Source of the DNA: Candidatus Saccharimonadia bacterium
GTDB lineage: Bacteria; Patescibacteriota; Saccharimonadia; UBA4664
Direction of reading: 5' to 3'
NCBI GenBank assembly: GCA_041743505.1
Contig: JBGTMQ010000020.1
Coordinates: 81,099 to 145,098, forward strand
Length of the DNA: 64,000 nucleotides
In this document: positions 8,726 to 16,859 of the stretch, one piece after another
Layout of the letters: every line of letters begins with the position of its first letter
Numbering within the stretch: the first letter of the stretch is position 1
The notes under the pieces: model-generated
Told to the model about the DNA's origin: nothing
Database searches by the model: none
Seen by the model: only the letters and a program-made list of their open reading frames with translations
Position numbers and translations under genes: made by a program

Positions 8726-9502
8726 ATGGCAGGCACCATTAGGCGGCGTTACGGCTTGCCCATGGCAAGTACCGCTGGCATCTTCGAATTGTTCCTAGGA
8801 TCACTCGTCGTGGCGGGCTTCCTTTGGCTAGTCGCCCGCTCCTGGATGGAACTACCGTTCGACGCCCCCTGGCAAATTCGTGGTAGCATGACCGACGGCC
8901 TGGGCGATGTCTGGTTTATCTTCGTCTGGGGTACAGGCATCACGTTCTTGGTAGGGTTTCTTCAAATACTGGCGCGTCAGCCCCGGGACGAGGAGCCGGC
9001 CGAGATATTCCTCGTTGGATTATGGAAGAGCCTCAACGCCGGACTGTTCGAGGAAATGATTTTCCGGTGGCTGATGTTCATGTCCGTCATGGTGCTCCTC
9101 CAATTCCTCAACTTCATCACCTTCGGAATCGTCCGCTGGGTGTATGTCGAAGGCTTCATCCCGCTGGCAAACTGGCTGACTCTGGGCGCTCTTAGCCCGC
9201 AACTGCTTGGCGCCGGCTGGGTCCTAGCCGCCGCGGTTGTGATGTGTAACTGGAGATTCCAGACAGGCCATATCTATTTGGGGTGGTTCGGCTGGCTCAA
9301 TTCCTGGTTCCTCGGCATGGTCTTCTTCTGGCTCATGTTTAACTATGGGCTCTGGACCGCTATTGTCGCACACATTCTCTATGACGCTGGAATCTTCACC
9401 GTCGCAGCCATCGTTGCTACCATGCAGCCCCGGTATTCCCGCTACAATTCTATCCGCCAGATCGTTCGGAGTAGCAACCGGAGAAGATACCGGGCCAGCT
9501 GA
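8726..9502 (+). CDS. CPBP-family intramembrane glutamic endopeptidase (CAAX protease / Abi-like)
   Basis: Motifs EEMIFR (EExxxR), RFQTGH (FxxxH) and HILYD (HxxxD) sit within a polytopic membrane protein. Tool start TTG 8714; ATG 8726 preferred. Confidence 0.75.
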   Translation: MAGTIRRRYGLPMASTAGIFELFLGSLVVAGFLWLVARSWMELPFDAPWQIRGSMTDGLGDVWFIFVWGTGITFLVGFLQILARQPRDEEPAEIFLVGLWKSLNAGLFEEMIFRWLMFMSVMVLLQFLNFITFGIVRWVYVEGFIPLANWLTLGALSPQLLGAGWVLAAAVVMCNWRFQTGHIYLGWFGWLNSWFLGMVFFWLMFNYGLWTAIVAHILYDAGIFTVAAIVATMQPRYSRYNSIRQIVRSSNRRRYRAS

Positions 9503-9550
9503 TCGCTCTCCTGTCATCACCCTTCACTCGCGCTCAGGTAGGAGTTGAAA

Positions 9551-9781
9551 ATGTCCAACACAAGGCATCTGTCCATTGAGTACCGCGGCCGGGAGGTCAC
9601 CAATCCGTACGCCCGCGCCGCCGGCACAGTGGGCATCTTGTTGGCCTGTGTCTGTCTGCCGTTTATTGCGGTCTTGCATCCTTTGATGCTCGTCCTCGGT
9701 CGCCGCGGATTCGTCACGCACGAGTACGACAGTGCCACCACCACGATCACGATTTCAGGGGCCGGCTTCAAGAAGGACTAA
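9551..9781 (+). CDS. small membrane protein (76 aa)
   Basis: AGGAG SD 7 nt upstream of ATG 9551. One TM helix GTVGILLACVCLPFIAVLHPLMLVLG. Directly downstream of the CPBP protease. Confidence 0.45.
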   Translation: MSNTRHLSIEYRGREVTNPYARAAGTVGILLACVCLPFIAVLHPLMLVLGRRGFVTHEYDSATTTITISGAGFKKD

Positions 9782-9806
9782 CCACCAGCAATGTCCCGCC
9801 CGACAG

Positions 9807-9842
9807 CTCTGGGTATCGCAAGATACTCAGAGCATTCTTTTT
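9807..9842 (+). terminator. rho-independent terminator (11-bp stem with G.U wobble, GCAA loop, T-tract)
   Basis: ctctgggtatc-gcaa-gatactcagag followed by cattctttttta. Confidence 0.7.
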
Positions 9843-10020
9843 TAGGCCCTAATACTTGCATTACTTACCACCGACACCATCCCCGGCCATAACTGCAAAA
9901 TTGAGATGGTGCTCGCACCCCTCGCCACCAATGGCCGGCTAGCCATGAAGATTCTGTTTCACCTAGTCCCGCCGCAACCCCAGGCAACCCAGCCTGGGGT
10001 TCTACTTTCTCTGCCAAGGG

Positions 10021-10120
10021 GACTGAACTGAGGGCAGTACACAATTTGTCAGCACCGAATAAAAGCTGCGCCAAGCCAATACATGAAAGACTCAAACACC
10101 TTACTGCCCTCAGTTCAGTA
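10021..10120 (+). repeat. E3: 100-bp paired-palindrome element (arms 10021-10039 and 10102-10120, core ctgcgCCAAGCCA 10066-10078)
   Basis: Left arm gactgaactgagggcagta and right arm tactgccctcagttcagta are perfect inverted repeats. Spacers are 26 and 23 nt. Lies upstream of pgk. Confidence 0.85.
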
Positions 10121-10215
10121 GGTAGTGCCACGGAATTGTCCTCAGGTGAGCGAGGCCCGGGACCAAACATCAGCCATTATACCCGCCCACATTAGAAGAA
10201 TTCCCAGATTTCGCC

Positions 10216-10221
10216 TACAAT
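10216..10221 (+). promoter_or_regulatory. -10 box TACAAT 7 nt upstream of pgk ATG (probable leaderless transcript)
   Basis: Same geometry (TACAAT, 6-7 nt, ATG) is seen at alaS 47047-47052 and at CDS 41390. Confidence 0.4.
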
Positions 10222-10228
10222 AAAAACC

Positions 10229-11431
10229 ATGCACAAGAAAACCATCCGCGACATCGATGTTAAAGGTAAGCGCATCCTGGTCAGGGTTGATTACAACGTG
10301 CCCGTCAAAGACGGCGCCGTCACAGACGACTTCCGTATCCAGGCCAGCCTGCCCACCCTCCAGTACCTGCTGGAACAGGAATGCTCACTGGTATTAATGA
10401 GTCACCTGGGCGAACCCAAGGGCAAGCCGGATGCAACTCACAGCTTGCGGCCCGTAGCCGCCAAGGCCTCAGAGCTATTAAACCGGCCCATCGCTTTTCA
10501 CGAAGACTGCATTGGCGAAGCTGTCCTCAAGGCCGCCCGCGACCTGCGCCCCGGCGAGGTCATGATGCTCGAGAACGTTCGCTTTCACCAGCCAGAACTG
10601 GACAACGACCCCGGTTTCGCCCGCCAACTTGCCAATCTAGGCGACATCTACGTCAACGATGCCTTCGCCGTTGATCACCGCGATCAGGCCTCAGTCTCCG
10701 GGGTGGCCAAATACCTGCCGGCCGTAGCCGGACTTCTAGTCGAAAAAGAGGTCGAGCACATCCGGGGCGCGCTGGACAAACCAAACCGGCCGCTAGTAGC
10801 CATTATCGGCGGCGCCAAAGTCTCAACCAAAATTGAACTACTCAACAATCTCATTCCCAAGGTGGACGTACTCCTGCTCGGCGGCGCCATGGCCAACACC
10901 TTCTTGCTGGCCGGGGGCCGCGAAATCGGTAAAAGCCTGGCCGAACCGGATTACGTGAACACCGCCAAACAGTTAATAGAGCTAGCCAAGCGCGAAGACA
11001 CCCAGCTGTTCTTGCCGGAGGAGGTGGTTGTCAGCAAGAGCACCGAAACCCCCAAGCACCTGCGCACCGTCAAGGTCTCAGCCGTTGAGCCCGACGACTA
11101 CATCGTTGATGTATCGCCGGAGTTTCCCCGCCAACTCAGCCGGGCCGTCTATGAATTCTTGGACTTCGATAACAAGAGCACCGTTATCTGGAACGGCCCG
11201 CTCGGCCTCACCGAAGTACCCGAATTTGCGGCCGGTTCTCTGGCCATGGCCGGCGCCATCGTGGCGCTGCCGGGCGAGATCTCGGTCATCGGCGGCGGCG
11301 ACACAGCCGGCTTCGTCGACGAAGCCGGCCGCCACGACCAGTTCTCCTGGGTGTCTACCGGCGGCGGCGCCTCCCTGGCGCTCATGGCCGGCAAACAATT
11401 GCCCGGCATTGAGGCATTACAAGACAAATAA
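10229..11431 (+). CDS. pgk: phosphoglycerate kinase
   Basis: Full-length PGK signature (RVDYNVP, GGGDT, hinge and C-domain motifs), 400 aa. Confidence 0.93.
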   Translation: MHKKTIRDIDVKGKRILVRVDYNVPVKDGAVTDDFRIQASLPTLQYLLEQECSLVLMSHLGEPKGKPDATHSLRPVAAKASELLNRPIAFHEDCIGEAVLKAARDLRPGEVMMLENVRFHQPELDNDPGFARQLANLGDIYVNDAFAVDHRDQASVSGVAKYLPAVAGLLVEKEVEHIRGALDKPNRPLVAIIGGAKVSTKIELLNNLIPKVDVLLLGGAMANTFLLAGGREIGKSLAEPDYVNTAKQLIELAKREDTQLFLPEEVVVSKSTETPKHLRTVKVSAVEPDDYIVDVSPEFPRQLSRAVYEFLDFDNKSTVIWNGPLGLTEVPEFAAGSLAMAGAIVALPGEISVIGGGDTAGFVDEAGRHDQFSWVSTGGGASLALMAGKQLPGIEALQDK

Positions 11432-11432
11432 A

Positions 11433-12194
11433 TTATCTTGAAGCGTACTCTTGCATAAACGCCTCCATCTTGTCACTCACCTCACTTTTCATACCTTCTA
11501 AACGAGAATAAAAATCGTGAAGCTCTTCCTGCCATAACTCCCGGCGGTTCTCCCTCCAGTCGTTACTCGCCAGACTCTGATGTAAACGCCTAACGTCTCC
11601 TTCATCCATAATCCCCGAGAGCCCGTCTCTAACTACGTTTGGCGTATTCCCGATCCTCGTCTGTTGCGGATCGGCCAGGCGGGCCAACACCGCTTCAACA
11701 AGCACGGATCCCCGCTTGATATCGCGCATCTTCCAGCCCAGTCTTAGCAACGGCCCGCCCGCCTCGAGTAAGGCCATCATGCTCTCTGGGTCGCTCGGAT
11801 CATATCTGTCAGGGTCAATGTCGTATAACTTCTCATATAGTGCTGCGTCACCTGCAACCACGCCCTCGCGCTGTCGCTCAAGCGCCGCGATGTTTTTGGG
11901 CAACTCTTGTCGTGCGTCAGTTATTTTTTGCCGCTCGTCAGCCGTCTCTTCGGGTAACCGGTCAAGCTGACGCCGGGCTATGTCGATTTCCGTACTGAGC
12001 CCATACGCCTCGCTACTGCTCTCAACCGACTTAATTACCCGGGCCATAACCCTGTCCTTGGCCGGCTCCCCGTTTTCACCTTGCTCGGAGCCCGCGGCCT
12101 CTCCGGCCTCTGAGTGCAGTTCTTCGCTCAGCTGTTCTGGAGTGCGAGCCTTAAAATCCTCGCCGCCTGGTCCGCCTACCCGTTCACCGCTCAT
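11433..12194 (-). CDS. hypothetical acidic helical protein
   Basis: 253 aa ORF convergent with pgk (1-bp gap). No motifs. Confidence 0.5.
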   Translation of the reverse strand: MSGERVGGPGGEDFKARTPEQLSEELHSEAGEAAGSEQGENGEPAKDRVMARVIKSVESSSEAYGLSTEIDIARRQLDRLPEETADERQKITDARQELPKNIAALERQREGVVAGDAALYEKLYDIDPDRYDPSDPESMMALLEAGGPLLRLGWKMRDIKRGSVLVEAVLARLADPQQTRIGNTPNVVRDGLSGIMDEGDVRRLHQSLASNDWRENRRELWQEELHDFYSRLEGMKSEVSDKMEAFMQEYASR

Positions 12195-12294
12195 GGTCGT
12201 GATACGCCTTCCGTATATGAATCAATTATATAGCGAAATGTTTATTTATTTTGGGTCATCAAGCCCCCGGCACCGCCATTTCAATGTGAATACC

Positions 12295-12411
12295 TACTGC
12301 CCTCAGGGCAGTAATTCGGGGCCTTCAAAGCGCGTATCCAATTTTGGCTCTGTATAGGATATAAAACACTCATTCCGTAGTAAAATACACAACACTGCCC
12401 TCAGTTCAGTA
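12295..12411 (-). repeat. E4: 117-bp variant of the paired-palindrome element (arms 12295-12313 and 12393-12411, reverse-oriented core tggctctgtatag 12345-12357)
   Basis: Left arm tactgccctcagggcagta (palindromic) and right arm cactgccctcagttcagta. Core is the reverse complement of the family core; spacers are longer (31 and 35 nt). Confidence 0.75.
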
Positions 12412-12474
12412 CCCTATCCAGCTGTAAAGCAAAACCATCCTAGTCGGCCGTACCAGAGCATAAAACGGCCAACT

Positions 12475-12504
12475 TTGCGTTGGACCCACCATAAGCGCTA
12501 CAAT
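12475..12504 (+). promoter_or_regulatory. sigma70-like promoter with -10 TACAAT inside the 16-mer CATAAGCGCTACAATG
   Basis: -10 at 12499-12504, candidate -35 TTGCGT. The identical 16-mer recurs at the ftsA promoter (52623-52638). Confidence 0.5.
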
Positions 12505-12532
12505 GGCAATGAAGTAAAGGGTCTACACAGAC

Positions 12533-13288
12533 ATGACACGATTAATCGTTGGCAACTGGAAAATGAACCTCAATCCGGGCGAGGCCAGCGTGCTAGTGCA
12601 CCGGCTCCAAAACAAACTGTCAGTTGACCCTCAAACCGAAGTCGTTATCTGCCCGCCGTTTATCGACATTTATCCTATTTCCAAAGAGCTCGACAACAAG
12701 AAACTCAAACTCGGCAGTCAGAACATCCATTACCTGGACCAAGGCGCCTTTACCGGCGAAATATCGCCCGCCATGCTCAAAGGTATGGCCAGCTACTCCA
12801 TCATCGGCCATTCTGAGCGCCGGGCCATGGGCGAGGACGACAAACTCATCGCCAAAAAAATGGCCGCAGCGCTACGCAACGACATCATCCCAATCCTCTG
12901 TGTCGGCGAAAGCCTCCACGACCGCGAGCATAACCTAACCAAAAAGGTTGTCACCGATCAGCTCACCGCTGACCTCGCCCAACTCACAGCCGCCGATGTC
13001 GCTCAAATCGTCATTGCCTACGAACCGGTCTGGGCCATCGGCTCGCACTCGCCGGCCACCCCCGGTCAAATCAAGCCGGTTATCCGCACCATCCGCCACA
13101 CCGTCGAGGAGCTCTACGGTGAACAAGGCGGCGCCAACGTCCGCATCCTCTACGGCGCCAGCGTCGAGCCCGAATTTGTCTCTGCCATTCTACACATCGA
13201 CGGCGTCGACGGTCTGCTGGTGGGCGGCGCTAGCCTCAATTACGAAGAGTTTGCCGCCATTGTCAAGGCCGCCCAAAGCCTCAAATAG
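12533..13288 (+). CDS. tpiA: triosephosphate isomerase
   Basis: GNWKMN, AYEPVWAIGS and other TIM motifs; 251 aa. Confidence 0.92.
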   Translation: MTRLIVGNWKMNLNPGEASVLVHRLQNKLSVDPQTEVVICPPFIDIYPISKELDNKKLKLGSQNIHYLDQGAFTGEISPAMLKGMASYSIIGHSERRAMGEDDKLIAKKMAAALRNDIIPILCVGESLHDREHNLTKKVVTDQLTADLAQLTAADVAQIVIAYEPVWAIGSHSPATPGQIKPVIRTIRHTVEELYGEQGGANVRILYGASVEPEFVSAILHIDGVDGLLVGGASLNYEEFAAIVKAAQSLK

Positions 13289-13297
13289 CCAAAAAAA

Positions 13298-13325
13298 GCA
13301 GGGGGCGGCGAATGCCGCCCCCTGG
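13298..13325. terminator. bidirectional hairpin terminator (perfect 11-bp GC stem, GAAT loop, A7 upstream = T7 on - strand)
   Basis: aaaaaaa-gcagggggcggc-gaat-gccgccccctg. Serves the - strand CDS 13347-13823 and probably tpiA. Confidence 0.75.
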
Positions 13326-13346
13326 TCGGGGACTGTGTCTCTCTAG

Positions 13347-13823
13347 TTACTCATCGTCCGGGTCCTCATCACTCAGCAAGACACTCGGCTGCAGTTCCAA
13401 CAACCGGGCCACGGTCAGCTGGTTTTTGTCCAACAGTTCCGTCACCTCCGGATGAAGCGTCGGGGGCAAAAGCGGTTTCAGTAGTTTCTGCCCGCTCGTT
13501 CCCGGAGAAGCAGGGGTCTGGGCTTGAGCTTCCAGCTGAGCCGCTTGCTCGAAAAAGATGTGTGCCGCCATACCATCGAGCATGCCGTCGCCGGTCTCCA
13601 TCAGCCCCGCCGCATACTGCTGCAAGAAGGCTGACTTAATCCGGGCGAACGTCGGCGCATCCACGAGCAGCTCATCTAGCGGCTGGTCAAACAGCCCGCC
13701 AATCTGAGCCAAGAACTTCTCCACGACGGCCTGCAGATCAGGTCCGTCCTCTTCGCTGACCCCATCGGGAAACGCCTCACCAATAAACGCCTGGGTTACC
13801 TCGGTAGCACTGGGGATACTCAT
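13347..13823 (-). CDS. hypothetical acidic protein (158 aa)
   Basis: Start ATG 13823 has AAGGAG 6 nt upstream and overlaps the stop of the upstream CDS (ATGA). The tool ORF is extended upstream to 14012. Confidence 0.5.
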   Translation of the reverse strand: MSIPSATEVTQAFIGEAFPDGVSEEDGPDLQAVVEKFLAQIGGLFDQPLDELLVDAPTFARIKSAFLQQYAAGLMETGDGMLDGMAAHIFFEQAAQLEAQAQTPASPGTSGQKLLKPLLPPTLHPEVTELLDKNQLTVARLLELQPSVLLSDEDPDDE

Positions 13824-14227
13824 GGTTTCTCCTTCAGTTCTCGTGCGGGGAGGCCTAAAGCCTCGCGGGCGACTGGGTGCTGTAGTAGGCAAAATGACCC
13901 GGCCGCAAAAGCCAGGACCCATAACAGCAATATCGGCATGCCGGTGTGGCGGGTCAAGCTCGCGTGCGTGTCCTGGCTGATAGCTATGATCCCCAGCATC
14001 AGAAACCAGCAACCGACACCCGCTGACAGCGCATGTCCTTGCCTAGATTCGCTAACCAAGAACGCCAAGCACGAAACAGTACCAACACCGCTGACAAACA
14101 TACCAATCTGCCAGTACAGTGCATCCGTGCCGCTCATTTTGGTCGAAAGCACTAGTAGCTCCACGCCAATCAGTGCCATGAGGCCAAGAATGGTCGCGAC
14201 AATCATATTGAAGCGGTGGTGCGACAT
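13820..14227 (-). CDS. membrane protein (4 TM, 135 aa)
   Basis: GGAAGG SD upstream of ATG 14227. Translationally coupled to the downstream CDS. Confidence 0.55.
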   Translation of the reverse strand: MSHHRFNMIVATILGLMALIGVELLVLSTKMSGTDALYWQIGMFVSGVGTVSCLAFLVSESRQGHALSAGVGCWFLMLGIIAISQDTHASLTRHTGMPILLLWVLAFAAGSFCLLQHPVAREALGLPARELKEKP

Positions 14228-14260
14228 AAGAACCCCTTCCTGTGGAGGAGAGAACCTCTG

Positions 14261-14279
14261 TTACTACAATTGTAACACA
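14261..14279. promoter_or_regulatory. palindromic operator-like site TGTTAC-tacaatt-GTAACA
   Basis: 6-bp inverted arms around an internal 10-bp perfect palindrome tacaattgta, 34-52 bp upstream of the membrane protein start, in a divergent intergenic region. Confidence 0.35.
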
Positions 14280-14395
14280 TAATGAGAATAAAATCAATTA
14301 TTCGCTACCAACCAGATACACATACATTTGACTGATACCACTACGAGTGGCATATTAGCTGCATCCGCACTCACTACCGAGATGGAGTTGTGGCC

Positions 14396-14953
14396 ATGAC
14401 AAGTTCTCTATCAGTCGAATCACAAGCAGTGATTCGAGGCGTACTAGCAGGCAAGATTGACCGGGACAAAATTCACACTTTGCCTGGCCGGAGATTGCGC
14501 GTCCAAGCCGCCGTCGCCCTCATGCTGGCTAACCGGCAGCAATACCTGGATGACGACAACCGCGTCAAAGGGGGCTTCGGCCAGCACCTACGAGACATCA
14601 CCGGTGAAAGCAAAGCTCTACCCCATACGCTGACTTCCACCAGCCGGGAAGCCAAACTGCATCGCGCTTTGCGGAAAAAGCCAGGTGCCAGCGGGCGTGG
14701 CAGCTGGGAAGTATATCTGACGCCTCCGCCCGAGCTCCTGTCACTCGTGGACAAACCCACAGCTCAGCCACCGGCAGTTCTCACTCAGCCCGAGGATCAG
14801 AAGCCTGGGCAAGATGAAAAGCGCCAATGGCTCCCGGCCGAAGACCCTCAGCACCGCGCGTATGTCATCGTCCAGGCGCTTCTTGTCGAAGGCAGCGACG
14901 TCCTGCATGACGTCCACCGCCGCCTGCGCGCTATCTGCGATCCTAACTATTAA
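14396..14953 (+). CDS. hypothetical protein
   Basis: GGAG 7 nt upstream of ATG 14396 (tool start GTG 14390). Followed by a hairpin terminator. Confidence 0.45.
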   Translation: MTSSLSVESQAVIRGVLAGKIDRDKIHTLPGRRLRVQAAVALMLANRQQYLDDDNRVKGGFGQHLRDITGESKALPHTLTSTSREAKLHRALRKKPGASGRGSWEVYLTPPPELLSLVDKPTAQPPAVLTQPEDQKPGQDEKRQWLPAEDPQHRAYVIVQALLVEGSDVLHDVHRRLRAICDPNY

Positions 14954-14967
14954 TCCACCACAAAATG

Positions 14968-15000
14968 CCCCGCTGCCGATCCTTGGCAGCGGGGTTCATG
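14968..15000 (+). terminator. rho-independent terminator (perfect 10-bp stem ccccgctgcc / ggcagcgggg)
   Basis: Stem-loop followed by ttcatgcttgtt. Confidence 0.6.
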
Positions 15001-15174
15001 CTTGTTGCATATGTACAATTATATGATGTTAATAACAATGTTCATTTCAAGCATACTGCTTGCACCACCTGATGATAGTCATCACGTCAGTGATTGGGAG
15101 TGGCTGGGGCCATTTTCTCATATATGCCAAGATCAACATTGTCGCGGGCTATGTACAAGCGTAAAGTGTAAACG

Positions 15175-15606
15175 ATGACGGTATCATTCGAACCCGACGA
15201 GCTCAAGAAATTGATCGAACTGGCTTATCTTGGCGAGTGGTTTATTAATGCTCATCACGACAACGACTTCCAGGACGACAAAGCCACGGCCGTCACGCAA
15301 CGGTTGCTGGCCAAAAGCAAATTACCCGGCATTGAGCGGGATGCTGAGACAGGCGAATATTACATGGCGGCCGAATGGACCGAGCGGCTGTATGACCAAT
15401 ACATCCTCGACTACGACGACCACGTCTTCTGGGATGAGCTCACTGAACGGCTAGCCCAGCGCGATTTAGCCCGCCAGCGGGGTGTGCACATAGATGAGGT
15501 TAACCGCGAGGACGACGTACTCGAGTTACGGCCACTGGAAGAGCGTTACCGGCGTGAACTCGAAGGCCGCGGGGTCGAACGCCTAGAGTTAGCCGATGAT
15601 TTTTAG
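15175..15606 (+). CDS. hypothetical acidic protein
   Basis: 143 aa ORF after an AT-rich promoter region. Confidence 0.5.
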   Translation: MTVSFEPDELKKLIELAYLGEWFINAHHDNDFQDDKATAVTQRLLAKSKLPGIERDAETGEYYMAAEWTERLYDQYILDYDDHVFWDELTERLAQRDLARQRGVHIDEVNREDDVLELRPLEERYRRELEGRGVERLELADDF

Positions 15607-15635
15607 CATAACCATGATAATGGTATAGTTGACTC

Positions 15636-16784
15636 ATGCAATGCCCAAAATGTCAGCACGAGATGATAGAATCGCGCAACGGTATGTTGTGCCTCAACTG
15701 TGGTCATATTGAATCTAACGCCCATACCAAGCCATTAATTCCTGATGGGGCCAAGCCGGCCGACGCCGGGCCACCCACCGAAGAGGAGGCCAAGGCCGAG
15801 GCAGAGGTAGTTGCCGAAGTGGTCTCTGAGACTAAGGAGTCGCCGGCTGATGAGCCGAAGGTCCCCGAGGTAAAAGCCAAGATTGATAAGCCAGAAGCCA
15901 AATCCGAAGACGACGACAAGCCTTCCGATCCCGAGCCCGTCGCAGATAAACCGGCCGCCATTGATACGCCAACGAAAACGACTGAGACAGTGGTGGTTGA
16001 CGGCTCCGCCACTGAGGCGGCTGCCGCCCTGGAAGCTGCTGTCGCTGCCGTCGAGGAAAAGGCCGCCGAAGATAAGGCGGCCGACCCGGACCCAAAGCCG
16101 GACTCGGACCCTGAGCCCGAACCGGCACCCGAGCCCGAGGACAAGCCTGAGCCCGAACCCAAGCCAGAAATTAACCCAGATCCAGAACCAGAGCCAAAGT
16201 CGGACCCAGAGCCAGAACAGGCTCCCACCCATCCGAAACATAAGCCGGCTCCCAAACATGCATCTGAAATTCACGGCGCGGTTGTAGCCAAGCCAGTGGA
16301 CAGTATTATTTCCAAGCCCAAAGCACCAGCCCCTGTGGTGGATGAGCCGGTTGCAGAGCCGGAGGTGGCTACTGCAGAGCCCGAGTCCGAAGTATCAGAG
16401 CCGGTGGCAGCAGTTGACGGAGTGTCTGCTCCAGATGCACAGGGTACTTCAGCACCAACACCAGAGCCCGAACCGGCTCTTGAAACCGAAGCCCAGTCTG
16501 CGGACGAACCAGAACCAGAACCTGAGACGGCTTCCGCACCCGAATCCGAGCCAGCCGCTCCTCCAGCCCAAACCCCTGCTCCAACTCAAGCCCCGGCTCA
16601 GGCTCCGGCACCGGTGGCCCAACAGGCTCCACCGGTGCCGCCGGCAGCTGTTGACGGCAAGACACCCCTGACACCCAAAACGCATCCCACGCCCATGTCC
16701 AAGATCGAGGTTGTTGCTCTAGTGGCCGGCGTCGGGCTGTTGGGTGGCCTTGGCTATGTGGCCTATATGATATTTATGCGCTAG
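15636..16784 (+). CDS. zinc-ribbon membrane protein with long Pro/Glu-rich repeat linker
   Basis: N-terminal CPKC...CLNC zinc ribbon, about 300 aa of PEPE/PKPE low-complexity repeats, and a C-terminal TM anchor. Confidence 0.55.
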   Translation: MQCPKCQHEMIESRNGMLCLNCGHIESNAHTKPLIPDGAKPADAGPPTEEEAKAEAEVVAEVVSETKESPADEPKVPEVKAKIDKPEAKSEDDDKPSDPEPVADKPAAIDTPTKTTETVVVDGSATEAAAALEAAVAAVEEKAAEDKAADPDPKPDSDPEPEPAPEPEDKPEPEPKPEINPDPEPEPKSDPEPEQAPTHPKHKPAPKHASEIHGAVVAKPVDSIISKPKAPAPVVDEPVAEPEVATAEPESEVSEPVAAVDGVSAPDAQGTSAPTPEPEPALETEAQSADEPEPEPETASAPESEPAAPPAQTPAPTQAPAQAPAPVAQQAPPVPPAAVDGKTPLTPKTHPTPMSKIEVVALVAGVGLLGGLGYVAYMIFMR

Positions 16785-16859
16785 CCAACCAATCTCGTGC
16801 CAATACCATATGCACCACAAAACAACCGCTAGTTCGGCTGCGTTCGGTACGGTAAACTA

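Noticed and set aside
9865-10170. ORF 9865-10170 (-), 101 aa
   Set aside because: It spans the E3 repeat and terminator hairpins in an intergenic region. No SD, and its translation is dominated by the palindromic repeat sequence.
2866-12411. Possibility that the E-elements are a CRISPR array
   Set aside because: The copies are kilobases apart, each is a bipartite inverted-repeat unit rather than regularly spaced direct repeats, and no cas genes are present.
15704-16674. Multiple overlapping ORFs on both strands within the PE/PK-repeat gene (e.g. 15704-16255 -, 15735-16274 -, 15883-16287 +, 16342-16671 +)
   Set aside because: These are artefacts of the low-complexity repetitive coding region of CDS 15636-16784. 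Their translations are low-complexity with no start signals.
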